The notes: generated by a model from the sequence alone, not told the origin. DNA of 19,094 bases from an uncultured bacterium (GCA_963977445.1 CAXBPH010000126.1:1-19094); one strand, 5' to 3'; shown: positions 1 through 6,982, counted from the stretch's first letter. Made by a program: numbers and translations.

Positions 1-133
1 GTTCCCGTTGCAACACCATATGATCGCCGAAAATCGATGCGATGCCCAGCCTATCCTGAGCATTGGATAGGGGACTGCAGACGGCGACAAGGAACAGCAC
101 CAGGGCGATTGGGGTAGAACGCAACAAATACAT
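1..133 (-). CDS. 5' end of a secreted sialate O-acetylesterase-like (SGNH) protein, partial, runs off the window
   Basis: Not in the ORF track. Manual translation from ATG 133 (GGAG 7 nt upstream) gives MYLLRSTPIALVLFLVAVCSPLSNAQDRLGIASIFGDHMVLQRE: a signal peptide followed by the IFGDHMVLQR motif typical of the N-terminus of 9-O-acetylesterases. Confidence 0.8.
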   Translation of the reverse strand, partial: MYLLRSTPIALVLFLVAVCSPLSNAQDRLGIASIFGDHMVLQRE

Positions 134-262
134 AAGAAAGCTCCACAGGGTTTGGATAGTGCCGACAGTGTAACAAAGCACCGACACCATAGGGGAGCGT
201 GGTATGGCCACATATTTCATTTGAGTTGGTCCCGTAGAAAACTAAACGTAGACCCCAGGCGG

Positions 263-305
263 AAAAAAACAAAAAAACACCGAAAAGCAGATGCTTTCCG
301 GTGTT
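263..305 (-). terminator. Intrinsic terminator, probably the original tRNA-Val terminator now displaced beyond attR
   Basis: Inverted repeat AACACCGAAAAGC / GCTTTCCGGTGTT (276-288 / 293-305; one G-U pair on the - strand), with an A-rich run at 263-277 that is the U-tail on -. It lies 13 nt past the duplicated CCA end. Confidence 0.75.
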
Positions 306-315
306 CAATGGTTAT

Positions 316-363
316 AAATGGTGGGCGATACAAGAATCGAACTTGTGACCTCCACGATGTCAA
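316..363 (-). repeat. attR: 48-bp direct repeat, the duplicated 3' part of tRNA-Val
   Basis: AAATGGTGGGCGATACAAGAATCGAACTTGTGACCTCCACGATGTCAA is identical to 10864-10911. Confidence 0.97.
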
Positions 364-419
364 GCCGTATTTATAATAGAACAGTGCGACTATAACCGTA
401 TGGCATGCAACTACTTAGT

Positions 420-448
420 AAGTTAACACACTTTCTCTTCTATTGCAA
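420..448 (-). promoter_or_regulatory. Candidate sigma70 promoter pointing out of the island across attR
   Basis: On -: TTGCAA (448-443), 17 nt, TAACTT (425-420), with a TG extended -10. Confidence 0.4.
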
Positions 449-520
449 GTACCTTATTGCTTTCGGTTAATTTGTAGCGGTTTTCTTCGGTGTGGGGGTA
501 GTGTACCTGACGCTATACTT

Positions 521-1144
521 CTACCAGGCGCGTGATTCATCGCGCCTGATTTTCATTGCTTGACGTCGTCGCGTGTTACGGCCTGGGGAATCTATAGGAG
601 TATTCCCCATATGGTCTGAATGGGCCCACTTCATCGTGCTTGAACTTGTTGACGGCGGGCTGTCTAAAATTTCGACTTCGTCGGCCACTTCCCAAATACG
701 TTCGATAATCGTTTCGCGGTCTGTATTTGGATCAACCTGGTAGTAGGTCGCTAACTTCCGTAATTCTTGAATGGATATACGGTCTAAATCTACCCATTCA
801 TTTTCAGAAGGTAGATCGGGATTCTCTGACTCAGTCCCCGGGGCCTCTGTTGTTGGTAGAGGGCTGGGATTCCCTGACTCAACCTCTGGGACCTCTACTA
901 TCGGGAGAGTGCCGGGATTCCCTGACTCAACCTCTGGGGCCTCTGTTGTGGGTAGAGGGCTGGGATTCCCTGATTCAACCTCTGGGGTCTCTACGATCGA
1001 GAGGGGGCCAGAAGATTGACGCGCTTTGAACGCGTCCCTTCGACAACGATCATTGCAGTATCGCCGACGCCGGCCGGTTTCCGGCTGTTCGAGTGGATTC
1101 TCACAGAATTGACAGCGCCCTGGGGCTATTTTGGGTTCAATCAT
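521..1144 (-). CDS. 207-aa protein: N-terminal Cys4 Zn-finger-like motif, acidic Pro-rich 16-aa repeats, C-terminal HeH/Rho-N-like helical motif
   Basis: Start refined to ATG 1144 (AAGGGA upstream). Motifs: CQFC...GRRRRYCNDRCRR; (PEVESGNPSPLPTTEA)-like x4; LDRISIQELRKLATYYQVDPNTDRETIIERI. Confidence 0.7.
   Translation of the reverse strand: MIEPKIAPGRCQFCENPLEQPETGRRRRYCNDRCRRDAFKARQSSGPLSIVETPEVESGNPSPLPTTEAPEVESGNPGTLPIVEVPEVESGNPSPLPTTEAPGTESENPDLPSENEWVDLDRISIQELRKLATYYQVDPNTDRETIIERIWEVADEVEILDSPPSTSSSTMKWAHSDHMGNTPIDSPGRNTRRRQAMKIRRDESRAW
818..1009. repeat. Coding tandem repeat, 4 x 48 bp, in an ABAB (96-bp) higher-order pattern
   Basis: A GGGATTC(C/T)CTGA(C/T)TCA core starts at 818, 866, 914 and 962. 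Units alternate LPTTEA-type and L(P/S)IVE-type. Confidence 0.92.
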
Positions 1145-1223
1145 AGTTTCGTCCCTTATTTCTAGTTTCGTTTCGTCCCAAGTCGGTGCATGGGGGACTA
1201 ACAGTGCAAGAAGTAGTTGCAGT

Positions 1224-1265
1224 GCGTCGTCCGACCGAACCCTATGCCCCCCGCCCAGAGGACCC
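1224..1265 (-). other. Candidate lambda-like cos packaging site (cosQ plus cosN-like)
   Basis: - strand reads GGGTCCT (1265-1259), 23 nt ending GGGTTCG, then GTCGGACGACGC. Lambda reads GGGTCCT, 23 nt ending GGTTACG, then GGGCGGCGACCT. Confidence 0.5.
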
Positions 1266-1275
1266 ATCCATTTTT

Positions 1276-1341
1276 GGGCCTATTATTGGCCTGTTCATGC
1301 CCTGTTTCGTCCCTATTTTTGCCCTGTTTCAGGCCGATTCC
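1276..1341. repeat. Six degenerate tandem 11-bp units
   Basis: GGGCCTATTAT TGGCCTGTTCA TGCCCTGTTTC GTCCCTATTTT TGCCCTGTTTC AGGCCGATTCC. Confidence 0.8.
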
Positions 1342-1484
1342 AATCTGTGGGCCTGGAATCGCAATCGATAGGGTAGGCCAGATTCCGATAAATGTTACTA
1401 TGCGGAACGTTGCGTATCTCATAAGTATCCAAGCCACAATGCTTTGTGCGGTGTGTCGGGTAACTTAGGACAAAACGACCAACA

Positions 1485-1994
1485 TTAGACCGCTTGCGCT
1501 TCTCCATGAGCCTGCTGGTTCTTCGCCCTGTGGTGCAGGTACTTGAATTTGGAATCTATGGGTAGGTTGTCCTCAGCGAGTTCAATGACAGCCCGGTTCG
1601 TGGGCTTCACACCAAATGTATTATAGGCGTCCATTACTCGCCTGCAGCGAAAAGGTGTACTCTCGCCCAATAGGGAAGCCGACAATTCAGCGAGTTTTTC
1701 TTTCCTCTCCGCATCCGATGATGTGCTTTCACAAATAGCTTTCCAACCGTTTTCTAGGGCAACGCTGGCCCCTGGCTTCGATACGGTAGGCGGTACTATC
1801 GGCGAAATATTACGGGCGGGGCGGCTTCCTGAAAGGGAATCGTAGAGGTCGACCAGGTTGTCAATCTGATCCTGTGTAAGGCGCTCTCGATTAGTCCGGA
1901 AGTAGGTCATCACATCGGCACTATTTGAAAAGCGTGGAAAGCTCAATATCGGCTCGGCGTGTGGGTCTGGTTTATGCTCCTGAAAATGAAACAT
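1485..1994 (-). CDS. Hypothetical protein (169 aa) coupled to the rep gene
   Basis: ATG at 1994 overlaps the rep stop codon (TAATG), so the start is refined from 2066. No family recognised. Confidence 0.7.
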   Translation of the reverse strand: MFHFQEHKPDPHAEPILSFPRFSNSADVMTYFRTNRERLTQDQIDNLVDLYDSLSGSRPARNISPIVPPTVSKPGASVALENGWKAICESTSSDAERKEKLAELSASLLGESTPFRCRRVMDAYNTFGVKPTNRAVIELAEDNLPIDSKFKYLHHRAKNQQAHGEAQAV

Positions 1995-3028
1995 TACGAT
2001 ACAGCCCTCGATGACGTCGGCTTCGGTGGTAAGCTCTTTCCGTAAGGTGCAAGGAATTTTCCGCAAGCACTGGCGATGTATGCACCGGGTTTTTTGAGCC
2101 TCCCAAGATCCTTCGTCCGTCTTGTAGCGTCATCGCCACACTGTTCGGCATAGGTGATTGCTTCAGAAAGCCGATCAAGGCCTCCACAATCAACCATGAG
2201 GCCATAAACCGTTCTCCACCATGGTCGATAGCCTGGGGGGTCAGAGGATGCCTCTAGAAGCCGCTGAAATAGTTCTTTGTTGGCGTGTTCGCGTGGAATC
2301 GTGCCCGGTATGGCCAATACATCTGAAATTGAAACCGCCGATCCCGCCCCGCTATTCGAGTTCGGTGGAGTTGTGGCCACTCTCGGTGATCGGTTGCTTC
2401 TTCCCTGCCCCTGCGAACTCGGTTCGGTAGGGTGGGGTTCGGCATGGTTCGGTAGGGTAGGGTTCGGCTCGGCTCGGCTCGGCTCGGTAGGCGCGTTGGC
2501 GCGCGTCAACGCGCGTTCATTCTCTGGGTAGGGCGTTGACGCCCGAGTAGATAAACTTGAATGATTGTCAGTGGGAATGGCGGAAGGGGGAGGCGGATCG
2601 TTTGGGCATTGCTCTCGCTCAGCGACCATCCTTTTGAAGTCCCGTTCTATAGCGGGCCGGTCTTCTTTTCGTAATTTGGTCAATTTAGGGACGTTACCAC
2701 TTGCGAAGAAACGTCGCTCTTTCGCGAGTCGGTCATGTATGGAATCTTCGCAATGGTCTGACCAATCATGAACAACAATACGGTGTGAGCCGTGCTCATC
2801 AAGCCAACCGCGTTTTAACAGGACTTCGATCAGTTCATCAGGATCAGACTCATACCCGATTGATAGCGCTATTTCCTCGTTGGTAAACTTCCCCAGGTTG
2901 CCTTCAGGGGCGTTAAGGGCTGTGAAGTCCCATAAGTCTTGAAGTAGCCCCTTACCGGCGTATTTGGGAAGCTTGAGATCCCTCAGCATCAACAGAAATT
3001 TAGCTAATCCGTCTGTGCCTTTTTTCAT
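1994..3028 (-). CDS. Phage-type replication initiator / replisome-organiser-like protein (344 aa)
   Basis: N-terminal GLLQDLWDF..NAPEGNLGKFTNEEIA..IGY..DPDELIEVLL..GWLD....VVHDWSDH pattern seen in phage initiators, a central low-complexity linker encoded by DNA repeats (lambda O-like layout), and a small C-terminal domain. Confidence 0.7.
   Translation of the reverse strand: MKKGTDGLAKFLLMLRDLKLPKYAGKGLLQDLWDFTALNAPEGNLGKFTNEEIALSIGYESDPDELIEVLLKRGWLDEHGSHRIVVHDWSDHCEDSIHDRLAKERRFFASGNVPKLTKLRKEDRPAIERDFKRMVAEREQCPNDPPPPSAIPTDNHSSLSTRASTPYPENERALTRANAPTEPSRAEPNPTLPNHAEPHPTEPSSQGQGRSNRSPRVATTPPNSNSGAGSAVSISDVLAIPGTIPREHANKELFQRLLEASSDPPGYRPWWRTVYGLMVDCGGLDRLSEAITYAEQCGDDATRRTKDLGRLKKPGAYIASACGKFLAPYGKSLPPKPTSSRAVS
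2421..2544. repeat. Pentamer array and GC-rich palindromic motifs inside rep (candidate origin)
   Basis: 14 tandem GG(T/C)NN pentamers at 2421-2490, then GCGCGT at 10-bp spacing (2491, 2501, 2511) and GCGTTGRCGC or its complement at 2493, 2503 and 2533. Confidence 0.8.
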
Positions 3029-3057
3029 TTGAGTTTTTCCCTACCGCGTGCTACCAT
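3029..3057 (+). promoter_or_regulatory. Candidate antisense promoter overlapping the rep ribosome-binding region
   Basis: TTGAGT (3029-3034), 17 nt, TACCAT (3052-3057), with a TG extended -10. Confidence 0.55.
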
Positions 3058-3062
3058 GAGCA

Positions 3063-3120
3063 CACTACGTTTGAGTTTTGCCGCCCCAATTCTTCGAAGG
3101 CCTTGGGGTGGCGTTTTTTT
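3063..3120 (+). ncRNA. Candidate ~57-nt antisense RNA against the rep leader
   Basis: Lies between the promoter above and the hairpin GCCGCCCCAA / TTGGGGTGGC (3080-3089 / 3103-3112; the G-U pair works only on +) followed by T7 at 3114-3120. The 5' end is inferred. Confidence 0.5.
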
Positions 3121-4756
3121 AAAGTACTTCTACCGCATTCGCGCGCGCGCCGCCTGGTTGGGCTATAGCACCACCACCTGCCGTATTCTTCGCGATTTCC
3201 TTCAACAGCCGATGGATTTCTGGATCAGCGTTTGAAGACGTAGAAGAAGACGGCGCTTGTGAAGCATTGGCCGTTCCGCCCAAGCTGCTCCGATAGTTTG
3301 AATATTCGTTCTGAGTCATCAAGTGAGGCGGCATCTGGCGATTTCTTACCTCTTCAAGGGTTGTCCCAACATTGAAGGGGCCCGCCAAGATATCAGCAGG
3401 GCTAAACGACGCCCCCCGTTCAGCTCGGGCCATATCGGCGTCTCTCTTCTCAATCCATTTTTGCCGCATCTGGGCGCGAAACATTTCCCCATCCGTCTGA
3501 CTGGCAACAATATCCCGGCCTTCTTCGGCAAAACTTGGGCTAAGTACACCCAACACCTTCCCGCCAAAATCCCCCAGCGGACCAGCCTTGCCTCCAGTAG
3601 ATACAGCGACGTTCGCCGCCCCGAGATTCGCCCGTTTAATCATTTTCGCGTAGAATGATTCTGAAACCACATCATCGGCCAACATGGGCGCATTCTCGAT
3701 AGTGGACTGAATTGCCGTCATGTCACGTGCAAAAAAATGGGCAGGATCTGATAGTCGAGTACGAAGCTTTTCTAAGGCTGTATCGGTTTTCCCTGTAATC
3801 GACTCTAAGTGCTTCATGGATTGGGCAATATCGTCCACCGAATCGGCCATAATATTCGCAGACACAACCGATTCTTTACCGAAAACTTTGGCCATTTGCT
3901 TTCCATTGGTTTCAAAAAGCGTGTCCAACTGCCGAAGCTTATCGATATACGTTCCAGTTAAGGTGATGCCCTTCTCCTGGGCTTCCTGCATGATCAGGAA
4001 GACGTTTCGCATGCCCGTGAAAACCTTCTCAACGGAACCTGCCTTCTTTGTCGCCCCGATGATTGATCCTAAGACTTCATCCATATTTAAGCCCGTCACC
4101 TGGCCGGCAGAAAAGAGCTCCGGGGCGCGTGTGGCCAGGTCTTCAAAGCGGAGTGAGGCTTGCTCTTGGGTATACATTAGTTTGTTTTGTAACTGATTGA
4201 CGTTCGTCACCTCTTTTCCATAAATCTGATAGGCCTTCGTCATCAGGTTTTGCGCGGTCACCAGGTCGCCACCTGTCACCTCAGCGAGCTCGAGAGTCTC
4301 TTTCTTTAAGTCTCCGATTTCCGCAGCGGTCAAATTGCCCGTGTTCGATTTCAAGTCAAATAGGAAACCTGAAATATCCTTCACCCCCGCGCCAAGAGAA
4401 ATAGCCGTGGAGGTGATTTCACGGCGTAAGCCTTGTAGGTTCCCAGCGTTATCTCCAAGGGAAGAAAGGGGCGTCAGAGCCTTTTCAAGCTCCACGCGCT
4501 TCGAAACGAATTGATCTGCCCCTTGGTTGAGACTAGAGAAAACGGTTCCCAAACCTTGAAAACCCGCGTAGCCCGCGATGCTCAAACCTATCTTTTTTCC
4601 CATTTTTTGGAATGATGTACCCAACATGTCTGACTGACGGGAGAGTGCCTTCATATCACTGAGTTGGGCTTTATAGATTTCCTTCACAATGCCACGAGCA
4701 GCCGTAGTATTCCCTGTCGTGAATTCCATTTTTACTTCGGTATCGCCTTTACCCAT
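3119..4756 (-). CDS. Phage tail tape-measure protein (545 aa)
   Basis: Start refined to ATG 4756 (GGAAGG upstream; TAATG overlap with the previous stop). Ala/Gly-rich helical protein with a TP901-type core: LELAEVTGGDLVTAQNLMTKAYQIYG...LRFEDLA...AGQVTGLNMDEVLGSI...FTGMRNVFL. Confidence 0.85.
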   Translation of the reverse strand: MGKGDTEVKMEFTTGNTTAARGIVKEIYKAQLSDMKALSRQSDMLGTSFQKMGKKIGLSIAGYAGFQGLGTVFSSLNQGADQFVSKRVELEKALTPLSSLGDNAGNLQGLRREITSTAISLGAGVKDISGFLFDLKSNTGNLTAAEIGDLKKETLELAEVTGGDLVTAQNLMTKAYQIYGKEVTNVNQLQNKLMYTQEQASLRFEDLATRAPELFSAGQVTGLNMDEVLGSIIGATKKAGSVEKVFTGMRNVFLIMQEAQEKGITLTGTYIDKLRQLDTLFETNGKQMAKVFGKESVVSANIMADSVDDIAQSMKHLESITGKTDTALEKLRTRLSDPAHFFARDMTAIQSTIENAPMLADDVVSESFYAKMIKRANLGAANVAVSTGGKAGPLGDFGGKVLGVLSPSFAEEGRDIVASQTDGEMFRAQMRQKWIEKRDADMARAERGASFSPADILAGPFNVGTTLEEVRNRQMPPHLMTQNEYSNYRSSLGGTANASQAPSSSTSSNADPEIHRLLKEIAKNTAGGGAIAQPGGARANAVEVL

Positions 4757-4977
4757 TATTCGGTTTCCTTCCAAACTTGCGCGATGAATTTACCGAGTCC
4801 AAAACGATGACGGCCGTTCCTGCAGCTCTTGCAAAATTGGTTTACCTGGTCGATTTTCGAGCTCAAAAGGATCAAGATTCTTTGTATGCTTAGAAGCCAA
4901 CTCAGCGGAATCATGAAAGTAACCCGGTCACCAATAGGGAGGCCCCTCGAGGCGTTCCAGCGTTGAATGAGGCCCAT
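4756..4977 (-). CDS. Small hypothetical protein (73 aa) directly upstream of the tape measure
   Basis: ATG 4977 lies 1 nt after the DUF1580-like stop, and its TAA overlaps the tape-measure ATG, so it fills the gap exactly. Confidence 0.55.
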   Translation of the reverse strand: MGLIQRWNASRGLPIGDRVTFMIPLSWLLSIQRILILLSSKIDQVNQFCKSCRNGRHRFGLGKFIAQVWKETE

Positions 4978-4978
4978 A

Positions 4979-5311
4979 TCACATACCCAAATCTTGAAGT
5001 TTACGGTGGGCGGTTTCGGCGGCTTCAGTTCGTTGTCGGTCGGTCCGTGGCACAGGTAATTGGATGGGATTTCTGGAAGAACTTCGCAGCCTGAAATAGG
5101 CGGCGTCGGCGGCTTTGAGTTCGTCAAAAAAATCGTTTACATCTTTGTCAGCAACAAGAATTCGCCGCCCGCAACGAATATGTTTCAAGTGAATTCGGTC
5201 ACCTGATTTGACTTGGAGGCCTTCCCGACACCAACGCCATAAGGATTGTGGCGATGTTTTGACAGGGATATCGCGGGCAACTTGGGCTAACGTTCTATAT
5301 TCTTCGATCAT
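4979..5311 (-). CDS. DUF1580-like winged-HTH protein (excisionase/AlpA-like)
   Basis: TLAQVARDIP..TSPQSLWRWCREGL......IHLKHIRCGRRILV..KDVNDFF and a C-terminal RQRTEAAETAHRKLQDLG helix; AGGAG RBS. Confidence 0.75.
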   Translation of the reverse strand: MIEEYRTLAQVARDIPVKTSPQSLWRWCREGLQVKSGDRIHLKHIRCGRRILVADKDVNDFFDELKAADAAYFRLRSSSRNPIQLPVPRTDRQRTEAAETAHRKLQDLGM

Positions 5312-5369
5312 AAGTAATACTCCTAGTGGTTAAATAATTCGCTTCGATTGAATCATCACATTGTTTTCC

Positions 5370-5407
5370 AAAATGGCCCCCGCCGCGCCCAATGATGCGC
5401 GGCGGGG
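5370..5407 (-). terminator. GC-rich hairpin after the capsid gene (terminator or mRNA stabiliser)
   Basis: Perfect 11-bp stem CCCCGCCGCGC / GCGCGGCGGGG (5378-5388 / 5397-5407); only a short U-run on -. Confidence 0.55.
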
Positions 5408-5435
5408 TAGGGGCACCAACTTATAGGCTTAAAGC

Positions 5436-6542
5436 CTACTGCCCGAAGCTTCCCCACACCGCGCGGGGATCCAGGCGGGTACCGCCAAAAACGTGTTTAA
5501 CCTTCCAAGTGAGCACATCGGTCTGAATGCGTTTGATATCGCGGGCATCTGGGGCGCTTACCTGGGGAGCGTCGTAGCCCACCAAGGTCCCAAACTCACC
5601 GGCTGGAATATTGGCGGGGTCGGTGAACAGTGACCAGCACGTCGAACCAATGGTGCCAGATGTCGAAAGGACAGGGATCCAAGGATTAACCAGAAGTTTG
5701 ATTCCGAGATCCGACAGAACATTCTTTGTCCCGTGCGATTCTGCGACACCTGGGCCACTTCCAGACCCATCAACCACATGGTTAAGACTGATCGAGTTCA
5801 GCAATTGCATTGCCTTGATCATGAGCCCAGGTCCCACCATCAGGAATTTCGGCATGGAAATGATCGGGTCACCTTCGGTGTCGGTGTAACCAAGCATTTG
5901 TCCTACTGCTGTGGCCAAGTTATCTATCGTCAGAGGTAGGCTACTGGGCCCACTTGGTTGCGCACTATAAAAGGCATCAATTGGGCCACCAGCATCGAAA
6001 AACAAAGAGGTCATGAAGGCCTCCTCACTCCGCAGCGCGCCTCTGACCATACGTTCTGGAAGCGTATTAAAAACCCCTACCGGGTCATTGGTGATGGATT
6101 CCTCGGTGGCCTCAAAAAGCGCCCCGTGCTTACCCACAAAATAACGTTCGGTCTGTTCTTGCGACACGGTTATCTGTGGATATTCGCCATTCTCTTTGAC
6201 GAGCGGCAAGGTCGATTCAGCGCCTTCGAAGCGAGTCGCTTCGACGGAATTATAGTTCGGGATATTTTTGCGGGTGCGCACCACCGACTTCATCACTGAA
6301 GACGAATGGCGATAGAGGGTCTGCATTTGGCGCGCTGCGACATCGGCGATTAATACAGAGGCACTGCCTGTCGTAGTGGCGAATTGCCGAATTCTATCGG
6401 CTCGGCGCGCGGGGTCTCCGCAATCGCCCCATAAGACGTTGCTTGTCGCGGTCAGTTCGGCTTCAGAATGACATCGGCTTCGGCGGGAATCTTCCAGCGC
6501 CCAACCTTGGGAAAGATCAATTATAGTGGGTTCGTTTCTCAA
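5436..6542 (-). CDS. Major capsid protein, Mu gpT-like (HK97 fold), 368 aa
   Basis: VKENGEYP; KHGALFEATEESITND.VGVF..LP..M.RGA.RSEE; PKFLMVGPGL..KA.QLLNS; WSLFTDP; GTLVGYDAPQV; DVLTWKVKHVFGG..LDPR. Confidence 0.88.
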   Translation of the reverse strand: MRNEPTIIDLSQGWALEDSRRSRCHSEAELTATSNVLWGDCGDPARRADRIRQFATTTGSASVLIADVAARQMQTLYRHSSSVMKSVVRTRKNIPNYNSVEATRFEGAESTLPLVKENGEYPQITVSQEQTERYFVGKHGALFEATEESITNDPVGVFNTLPERMVRGALRSEEAFMTSLFFDAGGPIDAFYSAQPSGPSSLPLTIDNLATAVGQMLGYTDTEGDPIISMPKFLMVGPGLMIKAMQLLNSISLNHVVDGSGSGPGVAESHGTKNVLSDLGIKLLVNPWIPVLSTSGTIGSTCWSLFTDPANIPAGEFGTLVGYDAPQVSAPDARDIKRIQTDVLTWKVKHVFGGTRLDPRAVWGSFGQ

Positions 6543-6553
6543 GTAGAGATCTC

Positions 6554-6982
6554 CTAGAGGGTCAAAAGTTTGATGGGTATGTTGGCGGCGGTGGCAGAGC
6601 CCGACAATGCCGCCAGGGCAATTCCATATGGTGTATGGCCAGTGGTCGCATCGAGGGAGATAACACCGGTTGAGTCGTCAATATAGAGGGTTGCACCCAT
6701 GACGACGTTCGCGGTCGAATCATCATCACTTGCCACGACGGGTAGGGTGAAAATTCCGCAAGTTTGGATTACACAATCCGCGCCCACACCGCTTGGTGGA
6801 GTAACACAAATCCCTGTGAAACCACCAGCGACGACGACGGGATCGTAGATTTCAACCGGCGAATTGGGCGCGGTCAACGCGGATTCAGGGACCGTGATTA
6901 ATGACCCGCCCTGGCTCGGGGCTGGACTGTGTTCATAACCAGCCGCAAGGCCGGTCGGGTACATGGTTTTGGGGTATCCCAT
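6554..6982 (-). CDS. DUF2190-like capsid decoration/cement protein
   Basis: PVVVAG..TGICVT...GADCVIQTCGIFTLP...VMGATLYIDD...TT...PYGIALAA.....IPIKL; lies between the protease and capsid genes. ATG 6982 chosen for AGGAG spacing; TTG 6991 is possible. Confidence 0.78.
   Translation of the reverse strand: MGYPKTMYPTGLAAGYEHSPAPSQGGSLITVPESALTAPNSPVEIYDPVVVAGGFTGICVTPPSGVGADCVIQTCGIFTLPVVASDDDSTANVVMGATLYIDDSTGVISLDATTGHTPYGIALAALSGSATAANIPIKLLTL

Noticed and set aside
319..363. Second tRNA gene
   Set aside because: Only the 3' 45 nt are present, with no D arm or 5' acceptor strand. It is the att duplication.
51..376. ORFs 51..308 (-) and 152..376 (+)
   Set aside because: They span the terminator (and, for 152..376, attR). 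The real gene here is the esterase starting at 133 in another frame.
818..1009. CRISPR array
   Set aside because: The units are contiguous, in frame within a CDS, have no unique spacers, and there are no cas genes.
1186..1507. Short ORFs 1313..1507, 1198..1437, 1217..1468, 1186..1371
   Set aside because: They overlap each other, show no motifs, and cross the 11-bp repeat or cos-like region, which looks non-coding. 1313..1507 cannot be fully excluded.
5126..5132. Programmed G/GT-type frameshift at the T7 run, fusing the DUF1580-like gene to ORF 4756..5127
   Set aside because: The -1 frame hits TGA immediately. The +1 frame is open but reads like a shadow sequence, the upstream protein is an HTH with a family-typical C-terminus, and ATG 4977 explains the downstream ORF.
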